DNA of 64,000 nucleotides from Candidatus Omnitrophota bacterium (GTDB lineage Bacteria; Omnitrophota; Gorgyraeia; B26-G9): NCBI GenBank assembly GCA_043805415.1, contig JAZDHZ010000027.1, positions 2,089 to 66,088 of the forward strand, read 5' to 3'. Shown piece by piece: positions 56,397 to 64,000 of this stretch (position 1 is its first letter; each line of letters starts with the position of its first letter). The notes under the pieces were generated by a model. It saw only the letters and a program-made list of their open reading frames with translations, ran no database searches and was not told where the DNA came from. The position numbers and the translations under genes were made by a program.

Positions 56397-57374
56397 CTAG
56401 TTAGATGATGCTGTATGTTTAAAATCCTCAATAACTGCTAACATGTCATTTTTAGAAGATATATGCATGACTCTGCACCTTAATTGTTTTATATTGTTCA
56501 TGCCGCGGGTATACCAGACAAAAAATTTGCGAAATCTCCAAAGACCTCTTTTAACTCCATAATGATCCAGGTATAATTCTAAATGCTTTTTCATTATACT
56601 TGCGACTTCATTAATTGAGGGTTTTGCTATCTCTATGCCCTTTGATAAAAATGCCTCTATTTGCGGATAAATCCAGGGATTGCCCAAACCGCCTCGGGCA
56701 ATAAGAATCCCATCACAGCCGGTTTCGACAAACATTTTTTTAGCTAAATAAGGATTGAGAATATTACCGCTGGCCACAACCGGAATATTCAGCTTTTTTT
56801 TAATTTTGCTTATTGCCGGATAATCGATATCTCCGCTGTATCCTTGAATTTTTGTCCGCCCGTGCACAAACACTACCTGGGCCCCGGCATCTTGGATTGT
56901 ACTGGCAATATCCAAAGATTTCGCAGGGTTATCCCACCCCAGACGCATCTTTACTGTTACCGGAACCTTAGAATGTTTTACCAGTGTTTTTACCAAGCTG
57001 GATAATTTTCTCCGGTTTTTTAAAAGCGCGGCGCCTTCGCCTTTACTGGTAATTTTTTTTATCGGGCAAGCCGCGTTAAAATCCAAAACATCATGCTTAT
57101 ATTTATTTTTCTCCAGCACTTCAATGGCTAATTTTAAAAAAGGAGCTTCATTACCTAAAAGCTGTAAGCCCAGCGGCTCATCCGCTTTTTCAGTTCTTAG
57201 CAGATCCAGAGTTTTTATATTTTCATATGTTAAGGATCGGGCATGGATCATTTCCAGAAAAGCATATTTGCAGCCAAACTGGCGATTTATCAAGCGAAAA
57301 GACAAATCGCTTAAACCCGCTAAAGGCGCGGAAATTAAAGGAAAAGGCAAGGATAAAATTTCAAGTAAACTCAT
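56397..57374 (-). CDS. tRNA-dihydrouridine synthase (Dus family)
   Basis: Flavin TIM-barrel Dus motifs (PLAGLSDLSFR; catalytic-Cys region NAACP). Confidence 0.8.
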   Translation of the reverse strand: MSLLEILSLPFPLISAPLAGLSDLSFRLINRQFGCKYAFLEMIHARSLTYENIKTLDLLRTEKADEPLGLQLLGNEAPFLKLAIEVLEKNKYKHDVLDFNAACPIKKITSKGEGAALLKNRRKLSSLVKTLVKHSKVPVTVKMRLGWDNPAKSLDIASTIQDAGAQVVFVHGRTKIQGYSGDIDYPAISKIKKKLNIPVVASGNILNPYLAKKMFVETGCDGILIARGGLGNPWIYPQIEAFLSKGIEIAKPSINEVASIMKKHLELYLDHYGVKRGLWRFRKFFVWYTRGMNNIKQLRCRVMHISSKNDMLAVIEDFKHTASSN

Positions 57375-57393
57375 AGTTTAGTTTTTAAGAGAA

Positions 57394-58455
57394 CTATCGT
57401 AAAAATAGTTTACTTTTATCCAGGTTTAAAATAAAAGCTTTTAACAGCTTTATCGTATTCTCCAGATCAATTAAACTGATCAATTCTACTGGTGTATGCA
57501 TATAACGCAGAGGAATGCTGATAAGCGCGGTTGCCACACCTTGCTTGGTAAGCTGGATAACATTGGCATCTGTACCTGTAGCTCTCGGCGCTGCCACTAC
57601 CTGATAAGGAATATTTTTTTGTTTAGCTGTTTCAATAAGCAAGTCAAAAACCTTATGATTTATATTTGGCCCCCGGGCAATCACTGGCCCCTTACCAATA
57701 TCAATCTCTCCGATTTTCTTTTTTTCCATGCCTGGAAAATCCGTGGCAAATGCCACATCAATCGCGATGCCGATATCAGGATCTATGCCAAAAGCGCTGG
57801 TCGTCGCTCCCCGCAGACCAATCTCTTCCTGAACCGTAGCAACTCCATATACTGCCGCGGAAAATTTAAATCCGGAAAGCTGCCTTAAAACCTCACTTAC
57901 CACAAAAGCCCCTGCTTTATCATCAAAACCGCGGCCAACAACTTTATCCTGATTTAAAACCTCAAATTCAACAGCCGGCACAGCAATATCCCCGATTTCC
58001 ACAATCTGCTTTGTTTGCTCATCGCTTGAGCTGCCAATATCAATCCACATCTGATCAATTGTTGCTACTTTTTTACGCTCAGCCTCTTCTAATACATGTA
58101 TGGGTTTTTTTCCAATTACGCCTAAAACCCGTTTTGCTTTTGTTTTAATCCATACTCTTTGCCCAGGAACAAGATGCAGATCAATCCCGCCCACAGTTGA
58201 AAAATAAATATAGCCTTCTTTATCAATATAATTGACCATATAGCCGATCTCATCAATATGCCCGGCCAGCATAATCTTCAAAGCATTTTGTTTTGACAAA
58301 ACTCCGATACAATTTCCATGCACATCAATTGAAATCTTATCCGTGAACTTTTTCGTTCTATTTTTCCAGATTTCAACCGCTTCCTGCTCAAATCCCGAAG
58401 GGCTGATACTATTGATCAGCTTTTTAAAAAAATTTATTGGTTCCTGTTCGATCAT
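57394..58455 (-). CDS. M42 family aminopeptidase (FrvX/cellulase-M-like)
   Basis: 353 aa. M42 metal-ligand pattern (H...D...EE...D...H). Confidence 0.75.
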   Translation of the reverse strand: MIEQEPINFFKKLINSISPSGFEQEAVEIWKNRTKKFTDKISIDVHGNCIGVLSKQNALKIMLAGHIDEIGYMVNYIDKEGYIYFSTVGGIDLHLVPGQRVWIKTKAKRVLGVIGKKPIHVLEEAERKKVATIDQMWIDIGSSSDEQTKQIVEIGDIAVPAVEFEVLNQDKVVGRGFDDKAGAFVVSEVLRQLSGFKFSAAVYGVATVQEEIGLRGATTSAFGIDPDIGIAIDVAFATDFPGMEKKKIGEIDIGKGPVIARGPNINHKVFDLLIETAKQKNIPYQVVAAPRATGTDANVIQLTKQGVATALISIPLRYMHTPVELISLIDLENTIKLLKAFILNLDKSKLFLR

Positions 58456-58500
58456 TTAGCCTCCTTGTTAAAAAAAATATCCTATTATTACTCTGTTTTA

Positions 58501-58995
58501 TTAACGATAATTACAAAAGTTCAGCGGCAAAGCAAAATCAAGCGCTTTTAAATGATTTATCACTTGTTGTAAATCATCCTTTTTCGCGGCACTAACTCTT
58601 AGTTTTTCTCCTTCAATATTAGTTTGGACTTTTAGATTCAGCTCTTTTATTATTTTTACAAGCTCTTTTGCTTTTTCTTTTTCTATCCCGGTGGCAATAT
58701 CCACGCTTTGCCGCATTGTACCTTCAAATGCCTGCTGCGCCTCGCCAAATTTCAGTGATTTCAAAGATATTCCCCGTTTAACCATCCGGCCGTTTAAAAC
58801 CTCACGCACAGAACTCAACTTATACTCATTATCCCCGACTAATATCAACTTTTTCTCATCCCGTTTAAACTCAATCTTACACTTACCGCCTTTAAAATCA
58901 TATCTTTGATTTAATTCTTTACTTGCTTGGTTAACCGCGTTATCCACTTCCTGCAAATCCACTTCTGAAACAATATCAAATGAAAAATTCGCCAT
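58501..58995 (-). CDS. yajQ: YajQ family (UPF0234) nucleotide / cyclic-di-GMP-binding protein
   Basis: MANFSFDIVSEVDLQEVDNAVNQASKEL...RYDFKG, a canonical YajQ N-terminus. Confidence 0.8.
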   Translation of the reverse strand: MANFSFDIVSEVDLQEVDNAVNQASKELNQRYDFKGGKCKIEFKRDEKKLILVGDNEYKLSSVREVLNGRMVKRGISLKSLKFGEAQQAFEGTMRQSVDIATGIEKEKAKELVKIIKELNLKVQTNIEGEKLRVSAAKKDDLQQVINHLKALDFALPLNFCNYR

Positions 58996-59110
58996 AATTT
59001 ATCTCCTTGTTTGTTTTATTATATAGCCCCGCAGTTTTGCGGTAAAGAGAAAACTAATAAAATATAAAGTTTACCTATTATCCCAAAAGAGAGTTAAGCA
59101 AGCATCTATC

Positions 59111-59980
59111 TTATAACCCTCGAAACATCTCTGAGCGTAAATTAATTTTTCCAGCTAATGCTTGCTTTAATATCTCCAGCAGATACTGCTTATCCTGAGG
59201 AAATCTTCCCTCAAGCGGTAGATAATTAGAAGCATGATTTGTCCTGAATATTGTTTTTTCTAATTCAAGGCCGTAAAGGATATCATAGGTTTGCGCTAAT
59301 AATTCTCTGGCATTTAATTGTTGAAATTCCCCTTGTTTTTCAGCTTTATACAAAGCAGTCCCAGGAATGAGCATTAAAGACAAAAAAGATAGAAAGCGCG
59401 GCTGCATTTTATTTAAAACAACTATCGTATCTTCTACATGCTGCTTTGCGTATTTCTTCCCCCCTAAACCAATTAAAACAATGACTGAAGATTTAATCCC
59501 AACATCAGCTGCATTTTTTACCGCCTTTATCATTTGCTCGACTGTTGATTGCTTATTGCATTGATCGAGAATTTGCTGATTACCGCTTTCAAGCCCTATA
59601 TATATCAAATTCAGTTTAAGGTTAAAAAGCTCCTTAAGCTCATTTTTGTTTCGGCTTATTATATTATATCCATTTGCATAGCTGCTGATTCGGGTAAGTT
59701 TGCCAAATGAATGATTAAGCTGATCAAGAACTGGAATAAGCTTACTATTACTGAGCACTAAAGCATCTCCATCCATTAAAAACACTTTTCTCGTCTCAGG
59801 ATAATCGATCGTTCCTTGTTTAATATCGGCAAGTATTTCACTAATCGCCTTTGGTCTAAAGGGTTTATCAAGATATGCGCCGCAAAAAGTGCAATAATTT
59901 GAGGAACACCCGCAAGTTATTTGCAAAAGAAAACTCTCTGCTTCAGCAGGCGGACGAATAGCAGGCTCGATTATTGGCAT
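59111..59980 (-). CDS. Radical SAM domain protein with a non-canonical Cys spacing
   Basis: ITCGCSSNYCTFCGAY gives CxCx4Cx2C rather than Cx3Cx2C. Glycine-rich SAM motif region follows. 289 aa. Confidence 0.5.
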   Translation of the reverse strand: MPIIEPAIRPPAEAESFLLQITCGCSSNYCTFCGAYLDKPFRPKAISEILADIKQGTIDYPETRKVFLMDGDALVLSNSKLIPVLDQLNHSFGKLTRISSYANGYNIISRNKNELKELFNLKLNLIYIGLESGNQQILDQCNKQSTVEQMIKAVKNAADVGIKSSVIVLIGLGGKKYAKQHVEDTIVVLNKMQPRFLSFLSLMLIPGTALYKAEKQGEFQQLNARELLAQTYDILYGLELEKTIFRTNHASNYLPLEGRFPQDKQYLLEILKQALAGKINLRSEMFRGL

Positions 59981-60029
59981 AGATACTCCGTTTAAATTTC
60001 ATGAATAAAGGAGGTTAGCATATCTGAGG

Positions 60030-60398
60030 TTAATTTTTGTCGAGGCTTAAAAATAGATACTTGGCTATTTTCTTTTTAGCTTGTTCCTCAAGGCTGATAA
60101 ATTCAACTCCTAGCTCACAGCATATAGAATCATCTTCTGAAACTTGCACCTGCTCACACCAAACAACTTTCACACTAGTTCGAACATCACTCATATCAGG
60201 AAGATTAATTATTAAATCAAGAACAGCGCCAAAACAGACTTTTTGTCTAGCAAAAAAAGCAATCCCGCCAGAACTAATATTCTTTGAGCCTTGGCTATTC
60301 AGAGAGCTTTGACTATCTTTGATAGAATAAGTTATATTTGCATTAACCCGCGGATATTTACGCCGATCAATAATACGCGTATTATTATTGCTATCCAT
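60030..60398 (-). CDS. PilZ domain protein (c-di-GMP receptor), stand-alone
   Basis: RRKYPR ... NISSGGIAFF (RxxxR and D/NxSxxG PilZ motifs). Confidence 0.75.
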   Translation of the reverse strand: MDSNNNTRIIDRRKYPRVNANITYSIKDSQSSLNSQGSKNISSGGIAFFARQKVCFGAVLDLIINLPDMSDVRTSVKVVWCEQVQVSEDDSICCELGVEFISLEEQAKKKIAKYLFLSLDKN

Positions 60399-60501
60399 GG
60401 CTTATATAATACTATTTTCAGATGCTTTTGTCAAAACAACACTCAAAGAGACTAACTTAATTAAAAAAATAGCTTTTTATTTACATAGGCAAACTAAACT
60501 T

Positions 60502-60786
60502 TTATTCCTGCTCTCCGCCATAGACATCTTCGTTTATTCCCCCAAACATATCTTCAAAAGCACCTTCGTAGCTATCAGAATAGTCCTCTTCTCCATCTGG
60601 ATGATCATCTTTATATACTTCTAAAATTTCAACTACTCTTTTAAGCTTTGGCGGATCAAGCCTGAGGATTTTTAATTCTTCTTCACAATCAGGACAATAA
60701 ACAACATCACCTTTTTGCAGTGTATCTTCAATCTCAAGATATTCCCGGCACATCGGACATCTTATTTGATTACTTTTTGACACCAT
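60502..60786 (-). CDS. LysW/ArgW-like zinc-ribbon protein with a long acidic C-terminal tail
   Basis: CPMC...GDVVYCPDCEEELKILRLDPPKL parallels the LysW pattern CPxC...GE.V.C..CG.EL......P..L. Acidic tail ends ...GGEQE. Confidence 0.45.
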   Translation of the reverse strand: MVSKSNQIRCPMCREYLEIEDTLQKGDVVYCPDCEEELKILRLDPPKLKRVVEILEVYKDDHPDGEEDYSDSYEGAFEDMFGGINEDVYGGEQE

Positions 60787-60971
60787 CCCCTCCCAATTTA
60801 TTAATATTAATATTACGATTATTCACTTTTCACTTTCTGATATATTACAAAATAAAGCAGTTGTCAAGTGCTTTCTTGTCATTTTTTTTATCAAACCAAA
60901 AAACTCAGTTGCGATTTTATTTTTTATTATCGCTATCCGCTAGTTTTGCTGTATGTTATAATTCAATTGCA

Positions 60972-62264
60972 ATGAAAATAAAAATAGAAAAAATCATATA
61001 TCCAGGTAAAAGCTTAGCAAGGCAAAACGGTAAGATTATTTTTTCAGACCAAGGTTTACCAGGTGAAGAACTTGATGTAGAAATAATAAAAGAGAGAAAA
61101 GACTATTTGGAAGTCCTTGCAAATAAAGTGCTTACCCCCTCATCACACAGAATCAAACCCAATTGTGGGCACTATAAAATATGCTCTACTTATCAATATA
61201 TTGAATATTCGCAACAAATTCTAATAAAACAGCAGCAGTTAGATGAAATCTTTATGCGAACTTTAAAAGATAATAAGCCTCTTTCTATACCAATACATGC
61301 CTGCGAAAATCCTTGGCACTACAGAAATAAAATCCATCTGCATATAATCCGGGAAAAATGCTCTTCATATTACGCATACCATCAAAGCAAATCTCATAAT
61401 AAGTTTATTCAAATTGATAATTGTTTTCTAGGCTCAGAACAAATAAATCAGCTCCTTGAGAAAACATTGGAAATTATCAATCAAAATAAAATATGTCATT
61501 TGGAAGAAATAATTGTACGTGAAAACCGCGGCAAGGACCAGCTCTTATTATCTGTTATGGGATATAGCGATAGTAAAAAAGCATTCAAGTCACTCAAAGC
61601 GCTTTGTGTTTTAAAAAATACTTTCCCTGTTCGCGGAATAACATATATTAATAGAAAATCGCGATTGGAAAATATTGTTTTTGGCAAAAACCATATTGAA
61701 GATACTATTGATTTAAAAAAATTTTCTTATGGAACTGATTCCTTTTTTCAGATAAATCAAAAAATGCTTGACCATTTAATTGCCGATCTTAAAAAAACAA
61801 TCCCTTTTGATAAGAAAAAAAGCCTCGCTGATCTTTACTGCGGAGTTGGCTTATTCGCTATTATCTTCAGTGATTTTGTAAAAGATGTGCTTGCCGTTGA
61901 CTCATCTGCCGCAAGCAGCTATTTCCTAAAAAAGAATATCCGCGACAATCAAATAAGCAATATCCAAACAAACCAATGTGATTGTGAAAAATGGATCAGT
62001 TGTTTAGGACAAAACAAAACCGATATTTTAATTATTGACCCGCCCCGCAGAGGGCTTACCGAGATAATAATAAATCAGCTGATTAAAACTCCGCTTGAAT
62101 TCATTGCCTACATCTCATGTGACCCCGTGACCTTGGCCCGTGATCTAAAAAAACTTCTGAATACTTATACGATCATTCACGCGTCTGCCTATGATTTTTT
62201 CCCGCAAACAGGACATATCGAAACACTTGTGGTTTTAGAAAAAGCAAGGGGTTTTAAGCTTTAG
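60972..62264 (+). CDS. 23S rRNA (uracil-C5)-methyltransferase, RumA/RlmD-like (TRAM domain, [4Fe-4S] Cys cluster, class I SAM methyltransferase)
   Basis: N-terminal TRAM-like beta domain. CGHYKICST Cys cluster. DLYCGVGLFAI SAM motif I. IDPPRRG motif IV. The ORF track start at 60720 overlaps the minus-strand gene, so the first downstream ATG was used. Confidence 0.7.
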   Translation: MKIKIEKIIYPGKSLARQNGKIIFSDQGLPGEELDVEIIKERKDYLEVLANKVLTPSSHRIKPNCGHYKICSTYQYIEYSQQILIKQQQLDEIFMRTLKDNKPLSIPIHACENPWHYRNKIHLHIIREKCSSYYAYHQSKSHNKFIQIDNCFLGSEQINQLLEKTLEIINQNKICHLEEIIVRENRGKDQLLLSVMGYSDSKKAFKSLKALCVLKNTFPVRGITYINRKSRLENIVFGKNHIEDTIDLKKFSYGTDSFFQINQKMLDHLIADLKKTIPFDKKKSLADLYCGVGLFAIIFSDFVKDVLAVDSSAASSYFLKKNIRDNQISNIQTNQCDCEKWISCLGQNKTDILIIDPPRRGLTEIIINQLIKTPLEFIAYISCDPVTLARDLKKLLNTYTIIHASAYDFFPQTGHIETLVVLEKARGFKL

Positions 62265-62650
62265 TCAGGGAGAATAAATTTGGCAAGATATTCTTCAATA
62301 TATTCCTGAACCACAGCAGTTAAGTTAATAAACTCCGCTCCGATTTTATATTCCTCTTTTGCTTTCCACTGCGAATTTATTTTTTCCACGCGCAATACCT
62401 TACCTTCAATAGTAAAGGATTTTCCGCTTGGAAAAATTATATCAAAACAAATAATTTCATCTTTAGCAATAAATTCTTTTGCCGCGAAACAAATGCCCCC
62501 AATACTAATATCTTTTGTGTACACTTCCGTTCCCAAATATTGTTCATTTTTAACAGCCGCGTAGATAACCCTTGCGCTTGCTCTCGGGAATTTTCTTCGC
62601 TCTGCGCCGCGATATAAAAGTTTTTTAGTTTGCATATAGATACTATACAT
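62261..62650 (-). CDS. PilZ domain protein, stand-alone
   Basis: ERRKFPR ... DISIGGICF. Confidence 0.75.
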   Translation of the reverse strand: MYSIYMQTKKLLYRGAERRKFPRASARVIYAAVKNEQYLGTEVYTKDISIGGICFAAKEFIAKDEIICFDIIFPSGKSFTIEGKVLRVEKINSQWKAKEEYKIGAEFINLTAVVQEYIEEYLAKFILPD

Positions 62651-62771
62651 TTTTATCCTGATTTTGTCAAAATCCGCTTCAAAACAAATAAAGTTTTCAA
62701 AAAATCAAAATAGTGTTATCATACATTTGTAAATAATTATAAGTATCAATTTCTAAAAAGGAGATTTTACC

Positions 62772-63335
62772 ATGAACGAAAAAAAAGTCATTCAAATAAT
62801 CAGGGACTTATTATCAGAGATCGGAGAGGACCCATCACGGGAAGGCTTAGAGAAAACTCCGGAACGCGTGATGAAATCCCTAGCATTTTTAACCCAAGGC
62901 TATCAACAGGATCCGGAGAAAATAATCAACAATGCGGTGTTCCAGTCCGAAGCTAATAATATGATTATTGTCCGCGACATTGAAATATATAGTCTTTGCG
63001 AGCACCATATGCTTCCGTTTTACGGCAGATGCCACATTGGATATATTCCCAAAAAACAAGTGCTGGGAGTGAGTAAGATTTGCCGTTTGGTTGATATTTA
63101 CGCGCGGCGGCTCCAAATTCAAGAAAGGCTTACATCTCAAATCGCCAATGAAATACTTGAAAAAATCGATGCTGAAGGAGTAGGGGTTGTCATAGAATGC
63201 CGCCATCTTTGTAAGATGATGAGAGGTGTGGAAAAACAAAATTCAATCATGACCACTTCGTCTGTACTAGGTTCATTCCGAGAAGAGCCGGCAACAAGAT
63301 CAGAATTTCTTACTCTTATTAATCGGCCAGTATGA
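62772..63335 (+). CDS. folE: GTP cyclohydrolase I
   Basis: [19 protein letters not shown], and HIGYIP catalytic motifs. Shine-Dalgarno AAAGGAG. Confidence 0.9.
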   Translation: MNEKKVIQIIRDLLSEIGEDPSREGLEKTPERVMKSLAFLTQGYQQDPEKIINNAVFQSEANNMIIVRDIEIYSLCEHHMLPFYGRCHIGYIPKKQVLGVSKICRLVDIYARRLQIQERLTSQIANEILEKIDAEGVGVVIECRHLCKMMRGVEKQNSIMTTSSVLGSFREEPATRSEFLTLINRPV

Positions 63336-63373
63336 TTTATACACATCGAAAAGAAACTATTGGAAGAACTGCT

Positions 63374-63805
63374 TTAGCTGTCTCTTCTATCCATTTTTTC
63401 TTTTAACCTTTCGCCCTCCGGACCTTTTTCCATTTCCTGATCAATAAACTGTTTTAATTCTTTAAAAGCATGCTCATCAAAATCTGTAAACTTGATTCTT
63501 ATCGGATAAAGTGCTTGTTGAGTTGTTGCTTTAACCGTAGTTGCCACAATGCCTTTAGCATATAGTTTTTTCTCATGAAACATCGGAAGGTTAATCTGCA
63601 TTTCTACTTCTGTTCCCTCAGGAAAAATCTCCTCAGACATAACCAAAAGCCCTCCAGCGCTTATATCTTTGGTTAAGCTGTATTGATAATGGCTAAAAAC
63701 TGTTTTGGTAAATTTTGCTCTAAAACAAACCAGATATGTTGCCTTCATCCGGTAGAATTTTCTTCTGCCTAAATTATCATTGCGTTCTGACATATCCCCC
63801 CCCAT
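63374..63805 (-). CDS. PilZ domain protein, stand-alone
   Basis: RRKFYR ... DISAGGLLV. Confidence 0.7.
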   Translation of the reverse strand: MGGDMSERNDNLGRRKFYRMKATYLVCFRAKFTKTVFSHYQYSLTKDISAGGLLVMSEEIFPEGTEVEMQINLPMFHEKKLYAKGIVATTVKATTQQALYPIRIKFTDFDEHAFKELKQFIDQEMEKGPEGERLKEKMDRRDS

Positions 63806-63865
63806 TAAATGGTTAAACCCCTAAATTAAGATCTGTTCTTGTAAAAATTTTTTCCTGGCATCCCA

Positions 63866-64000
63866 TTATTTTTTTACTTGTTTATCATAATATTCTAAAG
63901 CCTCAGGCAGAAGCATCTTTATATTATCAATCCGAGTTTGGGCTACGGGATGAGTAGATAAAAACTCAGGCGGATTATTCCCCTTTTGCCGCTCCATTTT
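63866..64000 (-). CDS. C-terminal fragment of an M48-family (BepA/YfgC-like) metallopeptidase; the rest lies beyond the window end
   Basis: Reverse translation ...NNPPEFLSTHPVAQTRIDNIKMLLPEALEYYDKQVKK* shows the conserved EFLSTHP C-terminal M48 motif. TAA at 63868..63866. Confidence 0.5.
   Translation of the reverse strand, partial: KMERQKGNNPPEFLSTHPVAQTRIDNIKMLLPEALEYYDKQVKK

Noticed and set aside
1-64000. Search for tRNA/rRNA genes, CRISPR arrays, and integrase/transposase/phage genes marking a mobile island.
   Set aside because: No tRNA-like acceptor/T-arm consensus (GGTTCGAATCC-type) appears in any spacer. There are no long conserved rRNA-like tracts and no regularly spaced direct repeats. 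No ORF shows recombinase or transposase motifs. The window looks like core chromosome.

Overview
This is an AT-rich bacterial chromosome segment from an anaerobe, judging by its gene content. Coding density is very high. I count about 68 CDSs, of which only gpmA, a rumA-like methyltransferase and folE sit on the plus strand; the rest run high-to-low on the minus strand with 2-30 nt gaps, consistent with long operons. I found no rRNA, tRNA, CRISPR array, transposase or integrase.

Modules in coordinate order:
(1) An ABC-F ATPase start and recQ.
(2) An NfnAB/SudAB-like ferredoxin:NADP oxidoreductase pair next to NADP-glutamate dehydrogenase.
(3) A LuxR-family regulator, superoxide reductase and a UPF0016 transporter.
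(4) One long co-directional block (22.9 kb down to 8.8 kb). It runs heme-motif hybrid histidine kinase, CheY, PAS hybrid kinase, a double-receiver protein, a PilB/GspE-type secretion ATPase fused to a C-terminal receiver domain, a small membrane protein, a type IV pilin-like protein with a poly(Ala/Lys) tail, an HExxH zincin-like protein, an ATP-grasp ligase, TrmH, a radical SAM protein, a HAD phosphatase and UPF0016.
(5) gpmA.
(6) A contiguous minus-strand block of lipA, lplA-like, gcvPB, gcvPA, gcvH, gcvT, hydE, hydG, hydF, an aspartate-ammonia-lyase-like gene and a TM1266-like small regulator. The glycine-cleavage/lipoylation operon is therefore physically joined to the [FeFe]-hydrogenase H-cluster maturases. 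No [FeFe] hydrogenase structural gene is in the window.
(7) hldD, then a group 3b (sulfhydrogenase-type) [NiFe] hydrogenase in beta-gamma-delta-alpha order with its maturation endopeptidase and a truncated HypA-like gene.
(8) YqeY, rhomboid, a thioesterase, pfk, an M48 peptidase, xth, a CPBP protease, and carboxynorspermidine dehydrogenase/decarboxylase with an AdoMetDC-like gene.
(9) A cold-shock protein, a receiver protein, dus, an M42 peptidase, YajQ, a radical SAM protein, three single-domain PilZ proteins, a LysW-like zinc-ribbon protein, a rumA-like gene and folE.

The best candidates for new biology are the gcv/lip-hyd maturase superoperon, the pilin-ligase-ATPase-phosphorelay block, and a GTATTGC heptamer array that occurs twice in promoter regions.
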